Assembly (NCBI GenBank): GCA_038087875.1
Contig: CM075990.1
Location: forward strand, 15,874,001-15,938,000
DNA from: Malacoraja senta
Taxonomy: Eukaryota
Reading direction: 5' to 3'
Length of the DNA: 64,000 nucleotides
Positions 1 to 13,390 of this stretch are shown piece by piece; within the stretch, counting starts at the first letter, position 1, and each line of letters opens with the position of its first letter. The translations under genes and the position numbers were made by a program. The notes below the pieces were generated by a model that had not been told where the DNA came from, ran no database searches, and saw only the letters and a program-made list of their open reading frames with translations.

Positions 1-644
1 CCTAATAACCTCCATGGGGTCAGATTTCGTTCTCGGATCAGACAGCAAACGAGCCTTCCGCACAGATCCCGAGGGTGAGGTTTCAGTGCACGGATCAATG
101 CGGGCTGCCAGTTTCCCATTTTACAACTCAGATTACTGAATGCTTACACCAACACATGAAAAGTCAGGGTAAACAGAATGGGTTTGTGTTGTCCCACTTC
201 ATTATAAGATTACCGCAGAACGTTAGGAACACAACATGGTCAAAAATACAGCAAAGACCGGATAAACCGCCACATAAATTATGCAGATCTTTGGTACCAG
301 GATAGGTAACAGATGAATCACATGAATTATTTAATGTCTATCTCAGGTGTTATAGGTTTGATAAGTTTAACTGTTTAACTATCCCCGTGCTGTGTTCAGT
401 AACAGGACGGGTTTTCTCAATGGAAGAACTGGAAAAGAGTTCTCAACTTTGCACAACTTTAATCTGTGCCACCGATTATTTAATTCAAATTGTCCATATT
501 ATTGTATCCTGAGAAAATGTATGAAATGTCGCAGGACTCAAGAGGCAAATTGAAATCTTCCTTAAGCTGATCTTCCAATTAAAGTTTAAAAGATTGACAC
601 CAATAGCAATACTTAACCATGAAGAACGTTTCATTACTTTTAAG

Positions 645-980
645 GTAGACAAAAAATGCTGGAGAAACCCAGCGGGTGAGGCAGCATTTATGGAGTGAAG
701 GAATAGGTGACGTTTCGGTTCAAGACCCTTCTTCAGACTGATGTGGGGGTAGGGGGGGGGGGGGCGGGAAGAAGAAAGGAAAAGGCGGAGACAGTGGGCT
801 GTGGGAGAGCTGGGAAGGGGAGGGGAAGGAGGGAGAAAGCAAGGACTACCTGAAATTGGAGAAGTCAATGTTCATACCGCTGGGGTGTAAACTACCCAAG
901 CGAAATATGAGATGCTGCTCCTCCAATTTGCAGCGGGACTCACTCTGGCCATGGAGGAGGCCCAGGACAGAAAGGTCGGA
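645..980 (-). mobile_element. Penelope-like element 3' fragment (end of GIY-YIG ORF plus terminal repeat)
   Basis: Reverse strand encodes …KLEEQHLIFRLGSLHPSGMNIDF, followed by the CTGAAGAAGGGTC…GAAACGTC terminal repeat. Confidence 0.75.
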
Positions 981-994
981 CATTTTTCAGACCT

Positions 995-1460
995 TGGGTA
1001 TTATTGGCAAGGCCAGCATTTACTGCCTATCTCTAAATTGCCCTTGTGGAGGTTGGAGTGAGCTGCTTCCTGGAACCCTTTAGGTCCTTCAGGTGACAGT
1101 GCTTCCATTGTGCAGTTGGATACGGAGGTCCAAGATTTAGACCTAATGACAATGAAGGAACAACAATTTATTTTGGGTCAGAATGGTTACAGCGGCAGGC
1201 AATGGTGTTCACATGCATCTGCTGTTCTTCCCCTTCGTGGTGATGGAGATATTGATTGGGGAGGGGATGTTAGCAAACTTAGGTGAGTAACTGCAGTGTA
1301 TTTTGAAGCTGGTATGTCCTGCAGCCACAGTGTACCAGAGGTGGTGGTAATAAACATCATGGATGGTGTATCGGGTACCAGTCAAGTGAGCTGTTTTGTC
1401 CTGGATGGAGTTGAGTTTTTTGAACACTGGACACACACTCATCAAGACCTGTGGAAAGAA
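995..1460 (-). mobile_element. Old, decayed LINE 3' fragment
   Basis: Tail GGCCAGCATTTACTGCCTATCTCTAAATTGCCC resembles a shark LINE 3' end as I recall it; a related tail lies at ~16442 on +. Confidence 0.4.
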
Positions 1461-2551
1461 TTGCCTCATGCTCGCGTGGGAAAGAAGTGCAGATGCTGGT
1501 TTACACCGAAGATAGAAACAAAATGCTGGAGTTACTCAGCAGGACAGGCAGCATCTCTGGGGAGAAGGAATGGGTGACATTTCGGGTCGAGACTGAAGAA
1601 GGATCTCGACCCGAAACGTCACCCATTCCTTCTCTCCAGAGATGCTGCCTGTCCCGCCGAGTTTCACCAGCATTTTGTGCCTCGTGCTCTTGCCTTGTGC
1701 TTTCTAGATGAGGGGAAGGCTCTGGAGAATTAGGAGTAATTAATTCTCCAGAAGTTATACAGTCTCTGACCTGTCCTTGTATCCATGTCATTGACATGAG
1801 CACACGATGCTGGGCAATGATGACGCTAAGGATGTTAATGCTGGGCGACTCAGCAAAGAGAACCCCATGGAAGATGAACAGAAAGTAGTTAGACTCTCTC
1901 AATGGGGATAGTCATTGCCTGACACTTCTGCACCACAAAGGTACTGCCTGCTTCTGCCTGAATGTTGGCTAGGTCCTGATGTCTGCTTGCCACACCATAA
2001 TGATAAATGAGATCTTTCAACATTGCCATTCCTTAAGATAGCTCAATGAACTTTCATTCTAACACAGATAACAGTAATGGGCCTGTCCCACTTGGCCGTC
2101 ATTTGCGCGTAATTTACGCGACATCATTTACGCGTCACGACGCACGCGTCGTGACACACACATGGTGCGTGATGACAAAGGTAGTGACGCGCGACCGCTC
2201 ATCACACAAGGGCTTGTAATCATTTCTAGTCATCTTCACACAGTTTTTCTCGGCACCAGAGAAGGTTGGATGATGCAGAGCAGGACATCTGGCTGTGTAG
2301 CCACACCTGCTCCCTTGGCTAGCAACATTGTTCAACCTCAGAATTCCACAACAGCAAGGATGAAAATCAAAGGACAACTCGCACCTTCCTCTGGATTCCG
2401 TCTTGGTAATGTTTCACCCGTTAAATGTCCTCAATGTCAACACTCGTTTAGAGATATAGCGCGGAAACACAGCCCCATTCGTGGGGCCCACCAGCCCCAT
2501 CCGTGCCGACCAGCAATCACCCATAAATTAGGTCTATCATTGAAATCCTTA

Positions 2552-2882
2552 AAGCCCATGTCCCATGGTACGAGTTCATTCCAAGAGCTATCCCGAGTTT
2601 GCCCTGATTCGATCTCGGAGATTTACGGTAATGGCCACTCGTCGGTACTCAGGGCTCTCGTGGACATTTTTCAACATATTGAAAAATCTTCACGAGTCTT
2701 CCCGTGCTTACCTGCCGTTAGCGAGTCTTCCCGAGTACCTGCCGTTAGCGTTACGAGCCGCTAAGAGACGTCCCCGAGCTCCATCATACCCGCTACGTTC
2801 ATTCTACGTGCTTACCACGAGTTTGATTTTTTTTAAACTCAGGAGAGCTCTTGGAATGAACTTGTACCGTGGGACAGGGCTA
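2552..2882. mobile_element. MITE, PIF/Harbinger-like (TTA TSD)
   Basis: ~38-bp imperfect TIRs (AAGCCCATGTCCCATGGTACGAGTTCATTCCAAGAGCT). TTA at 2549-2551 and 2883-2885. Confidence 0.85.
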
Positions 2883-3085
2883 TTAGTATCTTATTTTGTG
2901 ATCCCCTTATTCCTCATTCCTGTGCTTTCCAAAAAATTATTAGTCATAGCCTTGATTTTAAGTTACTGTCCCAGAGAATTTCTAAGATTTAAACTAGTCT
3001 TATAAAGAATAGTTCACAGTATGTTTGATGCTCCAGTTCACATGATTCAAAGTTTGATGGATTCTGGTATCAGATATGTGTTTTG

Positions 3086-3380
3086 TTTAGTTCAGAGATA
3101 CAGCATGGAAACAGGCCCTTCAGCCCACTGAGTCCGCGCCGACCAGCGATCACCCGTACATTAGTTCAATCCTACACACTAGGGACAATATACAGAAGCC
3201 AATTAACCTACAAATCTGCACATCTTTTGAGTGTGGGAGGAAACCAGAACACCGGAGAAAACCCACGCAGTCACAGAGAGAAGGTACAAACTCCGTACAG
3301 ACAGCATCGGCAGCCGGGATTGAATCCAGGTCCCTAGCGCTGTAAGGCAGCAATTCTATCTCTGCGCCACCGTGCTGCCC
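3086..3380 (-). mobile_element. tRNA-derived V-SINE (HE1-like)
   Basis: Head with A/B boxes, V-domain and GGGCCTGTTTCC…TAAAC tail, as in the 42925 copy. Confidence 0.85.
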
Positions 3381-3413
3381 TTGTCTTGCAAAGTTTTCTC
3401 TCTGGATCCCTTA

Positions 3414-3647
3414 AGGGCCTGTCCCACTTGCCGATTTTTTTCGGCGACTGTTGGCGTCATACCAGGGTCGCCAAAAGATTTTGAACATTTCAAAATCCAG
3501 CGGCGACAAAAAAAGTTGCGACACTTGCGGAAACACGTCATCACGCCACGTCACTGCCGCATTACGCTGCGAATTTTTCGGTGACCTGGTACGTCAGTCA
3601 ATGAAGCCGGCAGTCGCTGCTAAAAATCACCAAGTGGGACAGGCCGT
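3414..3647. mobile_element. MITE, PIF/Harbinger-like (TTA TSD)
   Basis: TIRs AGGGCCTGTCCCACTTG…CAAGTGGGACAGGCCGT; TTA on both sides. Confidence 0.85.
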
Positions 3648-4772
3648 TTAGATCGAATCCCAAGAGTGCAGAGATCTGGATTGAGTGATCCAAATCACAT
3701 CAGAAAGCCAATCATTAACTTTTATACTTTCCAACAAGGGTAATTGATTATTAAATATGAAATAATGTTAGGTAATGAAATAATATGTTAGGTTATGAAA
3801 ACAAATAAAATTGCTACTGGAGGTATCTAGTTTTAAAGCCACTGTGTGGTTGCCTGGTAATTTGTGGTCCAATAAATATTACTTAATTCTTTCTTGTAAC
3901 TGACAGCACTCTGCAGGAGTGAATGCAATGCTTAGCTGAAAACAAATCAATCTTCTGTCCAGTTGGAATCCGAATCAATCAACCAAATTGAATGGATTAA
4001 TTAACACAAATTTACCTTCAACTGCAGTGGTGTTTATATCCAAGACATCCAACCCCAAGCAATATCAAACGCCCTGAATACAGAAACTAGTTTTAGTTCA
4101 GAGTCACAGCATGGAAATATGCCAACCATTTATCACCCATTCTCACCAGTTCTAGGCTATCCCACTTTCTCATCCACTCCTAGCATGTTAGGGGCAATTT
4201 ACAGAGGAAAATAACCCTACAAACTTGCATGTCTTTGTGATGTGAGAGGACACCAAAGGAACCTATGTGTTGGTCGCAGGAAGAATGTGCAAACTCCACA
4301 CGGACAGCACCTGAAGTTAGTATTGAACCCGGGTCTCTGGTGCTGTGAGCCAAGCCGCATCACTGTGTCACTCTAAAATTTAGTTCCATTGAATCTGAGG
4401 CAAAGAGCGACACACCTTTGGCTCACCAAGTCCACACCAGCCAACAACCACCCACATATCCGACCTAAACCATTCTTGTTTCAAAATTCCCCCAATTCTC
4501 ATCAACCTCCCCTCTATTCTACCACTCAGCTACGCACTTGGGGCAAATTTACAGCAGCTAGTTAATCTATCAACCCGTACGTCGTTCAGAAGTGGGAGGA
4601 AATCTGGAAGAAGCCCGTGCGGCCAATGGGAGCACATGCAAACTCCACACAGACACAGCAGGCCAGGATTGAAGTCGGGTTGCTGGCACTCTCCACCCAT
4701 GAACAGTGCAGTGTCGAGGAGGACAGGCACAAAAAGCTGGATCAGACAGAGTCTCTGGAAAAAAGAATAGGT

Positions 4773-4803
4773 GACGTTTCGGGTCGAGACCCTTCATCAG
4801 ACT
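4773..4803 (-). ncRNA. Minimal hammerhead-ribozyme-like core in a Penelope terminal repeat
   Basis: Minus strand reads AGU CUGAUGA A GGGU-CUCG-ACCC GAAAC GUC: conserved core boxes, helix II and a GUC triplet. Helix I is weak. Confidence 0.6.
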
Positions 4804-6239
4804 GAGAGTCAGGCGGGGAGGGGGGGGGATACTAGAGGCGTAGAAATGTACAGAGCAAAGCAGAGCCTGCATCGTTGACTCAAAAAAGGTGGAGCCCACA
4901 ATGGTCCATTGTTGGCTGAGGACGGGGTGATAACAAAGGAATACAAATGGTGAAATTAGCAAGATGGCTCGGGTGGGGGAGGGACACAGAGAGCGAGAAT
5001 GCAAGGGTTACATGAAGTTAGAGAAATCAATATTCATGCCGCTGGTTTGTACTGAAGAAATCACATTTTTCTTTCTGTCCAACCATTAATTAACCATTCC
5101 TCTATTGGAGACTTTGCAGAAATTGAAGCTTACACCAGCTATACGATGAGATGTGACTGTGCGGAGAACCGCACTGGCTTTAATATTTCATTGCTGTTGG
5201 TCTCCAGAGAAGGAGTGATCACTGCCTGGAAGATTGCTGCGTTAGAATCCAACTAATCCCCAAATCAAACAAATGCCAATCAGTAGGTGTCTCAGGCACA
5301 GAATTAGTGTAGAGACAGCACCAACTGCAGCGACAAATTCTGGCAAAGGAACAAATGATTTCAAACTTGGTCCCACACCTTTGCAATCGCGATGAAATCA
5401 ACAAAACATCGTCAGCTGCAGTTTTTGCACATAAACTAAACATGAAGAAAGATAGATAGACACACTGACGCAGACCACATTCCCATGCTTGTACTGAGTC
5501 GCATTATATCATCGTTCTGCTTTTTATATTCTGGGTAGAATGTGGTTTGGAAGGAAGAAACCACGTAACGTGGTGAAGCATAAAGTCCTCGTGATGTGGG
5601 TTCGACATCTGATTTACCGAGTTTTTTTTGTGTATGATAATGGAAGTCCCCTTACCTCACCCTCCACCAATGTTCCCCGTTGATGGCTTCAGAAGCTCAT
5701 GGTTCCATCACATGAAGCCTCGTCAAAGTGAGATACATCCCAAACTCTGCATCCTGTCCCCGCCCATGGTGGGTGCCGGAGGACAGTTGACCTCACGCCT
5801 CTGAGAGGGCAAAGGGGGACCCGTCATGGGGGGGTCAAGAGATCAAAGAGGGACCTGGCTGTGGGGTGGGGCACGCCGAGAGAACAAACGGGACCATTGG
5901 GGACTACATTGAGCACTTTGTAACTTTGTCACCATCCTGTACGTGGTGATTCATTGCATACTCTATGTATGGTAAGCAAAACAAAGAATTTCAATGTGAA
6001 ATGTCCCATAATAAAGTATCAATCACTCATAGCCACATATCCCACTCATGTGTCCTTGCCCAAACTCCACTGGCCTATCCTCCTTCCTACCAACTCCAAA
6101 CCCAACCTCGATTATAAAATCATTCACCGATCCACTCTGGAGTTGATCTCACCCGATCTCTGCAACTTCTTTCCTGCTCTCTGGCAAAGTTTCCTGACAA
6201 ACGTCAGCAGTCCGATAGAGAAATGCCAGCATTTAGGGA

Positions 6240-6520
6240 CGGCACGGTGGTAGACCTGCCGCTTCCTAGCCCAAAAAAACCCAGGTTCGGTTCGGCCCTG
6301 ACCTTGGGTGCTGTCTGTGCAGAGTTTGTACGTATGACCGCGTGGGTTTTCTCCAGTTGCACCAGTTTACTCCCACACTCCAAAGACATGTAGGTTTGGA
6401 GTTTAATTGGCTTCTGTAAAATCCCCCGAGTGCACAGAATACAAAGTGGGATAAAATAAAACTAGCATGGGCTCGATGGGCCGAATGGCCTGTTTGCACG
6501 CTGTATCTCTAAACTAAACT
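6240..6520 (+). mobile_element. V-SINE (HE1-like)
   Basis: GGCACGGTGG head, V-domain, CTAAACTAAAC tail. Confidence 0.8.
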
Positions 6521-7039
6521 ATACTCCATAACCGTCAGGAAGCCAGGGCACCTGGAGAAAACCCACGCGGCCACAGGGAGAATGTACAAACTCCGTACAG
6601 ATAGCACCTGTGGTCAGGATCGAAACCAGGTCTCTGGCGCTGTACGGCTGCTACACCACTCTGCCTCCCCTAAACATATGAGATACGCCTAAACACAGTC
6701 GGACGTCCATCCAGCATTCCCTGCATTGCTGCCTCAAAAAAGTCTCTCCGATTTTAAAAGTCCATTGTACATTTACTTTGCACAACTCTTTCAGGTAGTG
6801 TACAGACATCCTAGAATCCCAGCCTCGTTCCCTTGACCTGCTCGCTATTGCTGACAGATCAGAGGGCACTGCGCTCCTGGATGTGTCAACAGGGTAGAGG
6901 AAAGGCACAGCATCCCAAACACTTGGCATTATCCAACAGTCAATCCCACTTCAGGGAGGTGACCACTGATTAAGATATTGGCTGGTATGTGACTATAAGA
7001 CATAAAAGGGAGTTTAATTACCCACAATCTCAACTCCAT

Positions 7040-7348
7040 TAGTTTAGTTTAAAGATACAGCGTGGAAATAAGCCCTTTGGCCCACTGAGTCTGCACCGAC
7101 CAGCAATCTCCGCACATTAACACCATCCTACACACACTAGGAACAATTCACATTTACACCAAGTCAATTAACCTACAAACTTGGACGTCTTTGGAGTGTG
7201 GGAGGAAACCGAAGATCTCGGAGAAAACCCACGCAGGTCACGGGGAGAACGTACAAACTCCGTACAGGCCAGCACCTGTAGTCAGGATCGAACCCGGGTC
7301 TCTGGCGTTGCAAAACAGCGACTCTACCACTGCGCCACCGTGCTGCCT
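7040..7348 (-). mobile_element. V-SINE (HE1-like), full length
   Basis: A box TGGCGCAGTGG, B box GGTTCGATCC, V-domain and tail on the minus strand. Confidence 0.85.
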
Positions 7349-9124
7349 TGCCGTCCATCTTAAACTTAAGGGGCACCAAGTCTCGTTTCTTCCTTTTACA
7401 CCTCTCCCACGGGGCTAAAAATTGCTGATGACTTTCTGAAAATGATTCCCAAATGTACCATCAAAATTTATGTTTCCATTTGTGGTCTTGGGATGCCAGT
7501 TTTACAACGATGGCATTGGTAGATGGGTTGTCATTTTGAGGCAAGCTTTCAAAAGGTATATCATTCATGCCCTGTGGTTACGCAGGCTTCACAATACTGT
7601 CAAAATACAGGTTAATTTGAGAAAAGCTTTCAAAGGTTCACAACTGATGCCCTACGCAAAGGCACTTTCAGTTGATCCATCAAATTTTTCCGGCTGAAGT
7701 GTTGATAGACTTTAAATGCTTTTTCAATGCCATTTCTCTCTTGACAAATCATAAGCAATTTGAGGAGATATGGTTCAGCCGGGAATTTGTTCACAATAAA
7801 CATCATAGAAATATTAAATTAGAGACATATGAGCGGCTTTAATTTACAAAGTAAACGTGCCCTCAAGATGTAGACCGGAGATTGAAGGGGAAGGTGTATC
7901 TTACGAGTGTGCTTTTTCTGCCCATATCAAATCTTACCGAAGATTTAAATATTCCCAGTCCCACCGGCCATGCTGAATAGTTTGAATTTTCCTTCATAAG
8001 AAACCCTTTCAGTGATATGAAAGAAAGGATACTGTTAAATTGGTTGACAGTCCTATGCGCAGGTTATAGAACAGAAGAATGATTTTCAAACAACTAAATG
8101 TGTTCAGATTTGAAAAACAAATCTGCCAAGGACATACAAATACTGTCAAATGTATTTCCTCAGAGACTTTGTACGCGCAGAAGGTTGTCCACCCCAATGT
8201 AGTGGCAATGTGTTCTTTACAGAGTAGTCATAGATTTATACAGCATAGGAACAGGCTCTTTGGCCAAGTGTCTTTCTGAGCTGCTCCCATTCATCGGCGT
8301 TTGGCCCATGTTCCTCTGAGCCTTTCCTATCTACGTACATGTCCAAATGTGTTTCAAACATTATAATTGTATTCACTTCCAACATTATCTGTGGCAGCTC
8401 GTTCCTTATACCCACCACCCATAGAAGTCAATAAGTCTATAATTATAGATTAATAGCACATCATGACATATTCAGAATAAATATTTTCACTGGTCTGAAG
8501 AAGGGTCTTGACCCAAACATCACCCATTCCTTCTCTCCAGTGATGCTGCCTGTCCCGCTGAGTTACTCCAGCATTTTGTGTCTAAACCAGCATCTGCAGT
8601 TCTTTCCTGCATACTATTTTACTACAAGAGAGACCGAGTACAAAGGATGTGGGAAGTATCGTTATAATTGTTCAAATATCTGATGGAACCATTCCTGGAG
8701 GACTAAGTAGAGATTAGAGATTAGAGATTCCTTTATTTGTCATTCAGACCTTTCAGTCTGAACGAAATTTGGGGTCTTGACATTCCTTCTCTCCAGTGAT
8801 GCTGCCTGACCCGCTGGGTTACTCCAGCCTTTGTGTCTATCCTTGGTTTAAACCAGCATCTGTAGTTCCTTCCTACATGGACTATGTAAGGACCTGCCTG
8901 CCATGAAGATAGTGTAAAGGAGTATCCCTGGATTGATTTCTAGGGTGAAGGAATTGGCTTGAGATAGGATTGCACAGTAGGATGAAAACTCTTTGGTTTT
9001 AGAAGAATGGGAATTGATATAATTGGAACATAATAGAATCTTATGTGCCGAAGATGATAATAATAATAATAATAGATTATATATATACCCGATGCTCCAA
9101 AATTAAGGATTTATACTGGGGGAT

Positions 9125-9370
9125 TAGTTCAGTTTTTTAGTTCAGTTTATTGTCACGTGTACCGAGGTACAGTGAAAAGCTTTTATTGCGTGCTAACCAG
9201 TCAGTGGAAAGACAATACATGATTACAATCGAGCCATTTACAGTGTACAGATACATGATGAGGGAATAACGTTTAGTGCAAGGTAAAGCCAGTGAAGTTC
9301 GACCAATGATAGTCCGAGGGTCGCCAATGAGGTAGATAGCAGTCCAGGGTTGCTCTCTAGTTGTGGTATG
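9125..9370 (-). mobile_element. Rex/Babar-like LINE 3' UTR
   Basis: Same 3' UTR (…CACTGTACCTCGGTACACGTGACAATAAACT) as the ORF-bearing copy at 53617-54048. Confidence 0.65.
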
Positions 9371-9771
9371 ATGATTAGATTCAGGAGAAAGACACAAAGT
9401 GCTGGAGTCACTCAACGGGACGGGCAGCATCTATGTAGGGAAGGAATGGGTGACGAAGACCCTTCTTCAGACAATGCAGGATTTGGTTGATGAAATGATC
9501 AGTCTGTCACTATTGCCACTCAAGAAATGTTGCTCATGAACAAGAGACCCAGCTCCAATTGAAGCCTTGATATCTTTGAGTTGTGAGTGTTTCCTTTCAC
9601 TGGCATGCACATAAAGGTTGTGTGGGATTTAACACAGGGCTGATGCTGTCTGACCATTGGTAAACCAGCATCGGACTACTGGTGACAGTCTTGGGCACAC
9701 AAAGTGTGCATGTTTAGTTTAGTATCGTTTATTAATGTCACGTATAGCGACGTACAGTGAAGAGTTTTTAG

Positions 9772-10280
9772 TTTTCGAAATGTAGCGCAGGAACAGGCCC
9801 TTTGGCCCACCGAGTCCGCGCCAACCAGTGACCCCCATACACGAACAATATCCTACTGTTCAAGGACAATTTTTACAATTTTACCAAAACCAATTAACCT
9901 ACAAACATGTACACCTCAGAAGTTTGGGAGCACCTGGAGAAAACCGACACAGGTCACAGGGAGAACATACAAACTCCGTACAGATGGCAACCGCAGTCAG
10001 GATCTAACCCAGGTCTCTGGCGCTGTAAAGGGCCTGTCCCACTTTCACAACCTCTGCTGAGTTTGCCCTTGACTCATACTCGCAGCATGGTCGTCATGAG
10101 GTCGTAGGAGGTCGTAGGTAGGTCGTGATGCTAGTCGTAGGCACTTGTGGCATCAAGTAGGTCGGGGCGTTTATTCTAGCCTGATGAAAAATGTCCACGA
10201 GTAAAAAAGGTCGTGAATTAGGTCGTGAAAGTGGGACAGGCCTTTAAGGCAGCAACTCTGCAGCTGCGCCACCGTGCCGC
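9772..10280 (-). mobile_element. V-SINE interrupted by a MITE
   Basis: SINE head GGCGCTGTAA|GGCAGCAACTC is split at the TAA. Confidence 0.8.
10029..10244. mobile_element. MITE, PIF/Harbinger-like (TAA TSD)
   Basis: TIRs AGGGCCTGTCCCACTTTCAC. TAA at 10026-10028 and 10245-10247; uninterrupted SINE copies have one TAA here. Confidence 0.9.
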
Positions 10281-12443
10281 CATTTTGTCTGCGTGCTATC
10301 CAGTCAAAGAGAAGACTGTACACGAGTACAACCCAGCCATCCACAGTGCATAGTTAAAGTGTACAACATGTAATGCAAGATATAACATTGAATTACGATC
10401 AAAGGTCTCCAATGAGGTAGATGGGAGATCAGGACCACACTCTGGGATAATTCCCTTATTGGCAATATTCTGGAAAACATTGGTATCGTCTTTCCAGATT
10501 CCATATTTACTGTACAATGAGCCCAAATTTCTCCTTCGTTGTCTTTTAATGCTTGCAAGCATCACGGTACAACTTTGCTACACAGATGCTATATTAGAGC
10601 CACAAGGAACAGCTGGAATCTGGAGCAGAACGCAAAGTGCTGGGGAACACAACGGGTCAGGCAGCATCTGTGGGGGAAATGGACAGATAACGTTTTGGAT
10701 CAGGACCCTTCCTCAGTCTCAAGATAGTACATTACTTCAAAGATAGACACAAAAAGGCTGGATTAATTCAGCGGGTCAGGCAGCATCTCCGGGGAGAAGG
10801 AAAGGGTGACGTTTCTTCAGTCTGAAGACGGGTCTCGACCCGAAACGTCATCTATTCCTTTTCTCCAGAGATGTTGCCTAACCCGTTGAGTTACTCCAGC
10901 TCTTTGCGTCCATCTTCTGTGCAACCCCGCACCTGTAGTTCCTTCCTACCTATTACAATACTTCCCTACCTTCCACAATGTGTGTATAAGCACATAAGGC
11001 CAGCTTCAATGACGTGTGGTTTAACTACACTGCTTAAAGTTCACCATATAGTGCAGCTTTCAACAAGAACGTCTCCACGGCAACCAAAACATTGTCCAAT
11101 GGCTCCATTATGAAAACGCTGCCGGCTGCATTGGAAATAAATTGGTGTTGAACATTTGCTTCGTTTAAAGAAATGTTCGCACAAGCTGGTCAATGTTGCA
11201 TTGAGAAAGATAACAATAGTTTTCATTGCTCCGGGTTCCTTCACAGGGCATTGAATTCTTTCCAAAGCAACACTAAATATTACTATTGCAGCTGATATTA
11301 CAAAATATTAATTCTTCCAATTCATCAGTGTCATCAAGAGATATTGCACAGAAACAGGCCCTTCGGCCCATAGAGCCTACACTGACCATCAATCCCACAT
11401 TTATATTTGTGAAGTGTGAAAGCGCACACCTCCAGATTCAGGGACTGTTTCTCCCCAGCTGTTATCAGGCAACTGAACCATCCTATTAACAACCAGAGAG
11501 TGATCCTGAGCTACCATCTACCTCATTGGAGACCATCGGACTCTCTTTGATCGGACTATACTAGACTTATTCCCTTTATCATGTATATGTACACTGTGGA
11601 TGGCTTGATTGCAAACATGTAAGTCTGCTCCATATATTCCACAGAGATGCAAGCATAGCTTGGGTCCATGTGAAGTCCCCCTAGCAACATGTGTGTCAGA
11701 CATGCCATCCTATGTCCTGCTCCTCTAACTCTGTTGGACATTGTTTTATGGAAAGAGAAAGTGCTTCACTTAAGAATTCTGACAGACAAATATCAGACAA
11801 TGGAGCTTAACAGGTGTGAACAAATTGTTTGTGATAGATGGTCCATCCGCAAGGTACCCGCAGTGCAGGTAGCCAATATTCCAGATTGCCGGAGCGTCAC
11901 GAGAATGTTTGTTTTATTTTGGGAAGAGTCAAACGGCCGCTTAACAAGTCTCTGAACCTGATTTGATCGACAGTTGTATCCTCAGTTTTACAACACTAAC
12001 TGCACAGCCTTTGGCAACTGGTTAGAATCTGCTATCTGGACCCAATGTACTCCAAAAGGCAAACAGTGTCAAACATCATTTAAAATCATGCAGAAACAAA
12101 CAAAAGATTTTTTAATATTGAAGAGGAAAACAGCAGATTGCACCCCTTAAATCCAAATAACGTCAAGGAACCTAATGTGGGGACTGCTTCTATATAACTT
12201 TGCTTTTAACTGTAAAAGTGATGTGGTCATTTAGCCTGAATTGCACAGTCAACTTCTTGTTTCTCTCCTGCTTCCCAGAGATCAAGAAATCATCAGTTCT
12301 AGTGAGCGCCCTGATGACTTAAGTATTAATTGTTCACCGTTCGCACTTCATCTCAGAGATTTCATATTTTAAGTGAGGCTTTGGCTTCCATGCCAATGAA
12401 AGCTTCCATGCCATCTGATCTCTTCAAGGGTGGAGTCCTGCGA

Positions 12444-12992
12444 GACCAAGCACAGATCATTTCGCTGAACACCTCCGCTCAGTCAGCCTAAACCTACCTG
12501 ATCTCCCAGTTGCTAAACACTTTAACTCCCCTTCCAATTCTCACACTGACCTTTCTGTCCTGGGCCTCCTCCATTGTCAGAGTGAGGCCCAGCGCAAATT
12601 GGAGGAACAGCATTGGGCTTGGGCAGCTTACACCTCAGCGGTATGAACTTTGACTTCTCTAATTTCAAGTAACCCTTGCTTTCCCTCTCTATCCACCCCC
12701 CTCCCCCCTCCCAGTTCTTCAACCTGTCTTACTGTCTCAGACTACATTATATCTCTGTTTGCTTTGTTGTTACCTTCTCCCAAAAATGATCTAGTCTACA
12801 TTTTTCTTGATTTCCATTCCCTTTGTCGTGTTTTCACACCTTACTCATCCTTGTCTATACATTTCCTTATCTACATACCTTCCACTCCCCTGACATCAGT
12901 CTGAAGAAGGGTCTCGAGCCGAAACCTCACCCATTCCTTCTGTCCAGAGATGCTGCCTGTCCCGCTGAGTACTCCAGCATTTTGTGTCTATC
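12444..12992 (+). mobile_element. Penelope-like element 3' fragment
   Basis: Decayed GIY-YIG C-terminus (FAEHLRSV…PVAKHFNS…KLEEQH), then 3' UTR and terminal repeat. Confidence 0.8.
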
Positions 12993-13061
12993 TTTGACCT
13001 CTTTTATATAGAGTGATATCTTATTAGTCTCCATCAGCTTTCTGGGATTTACATGCTTCAA

Positions 13062-13390
13062 TCAATAGACAATAGACAATAGACAATAGGTGCAGGAGTA
13101 GGCCATTTGGCCCTTCGAGCCAGCACCGCCATTCAATGTGATCATGGCTGATCATCCCCAATCAGTACCCCGTTCCTGCCTTCTCCCCATATCCCCTGAC
13201 TCCGCTATTTTTAAGAGCCCTATCTAGCTCTCTCTTGAAAGCATCCAGAGAACCGGCCTCCACCGCCCTCTGAGGCAGAGAATTCCACAGACTCACCACT
13301 CTCTGTGAGAAAAAGTGTTTCCTCGTCTCCGTTTTAAATGGCTTATTCCTTATTCTTAAACTGTGGCCCCTGGTTCTGGACTCCCCCAAC
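13062..13390 (-). mobile_element. CR1 LINE 3' end with (CTATTGT)n tail
   Basis: ORF …TRGHSLRIR…FFSQRVVSLWNSLPQRAVEA…FKRELD is a typical CR1 ORF2 C-terminus. Confidence 0.9.

Noticed and set aside
2162..3005. 200-aa and 146-aa ORFs
   Set aside because: They run across MITE and SINE fragments and show no recognisable protein motif.
9620..9710. Possible KCNMA1 exon 2
   Set aside because: Translations do not give WMTSVKDWAG or AQTLTGR.
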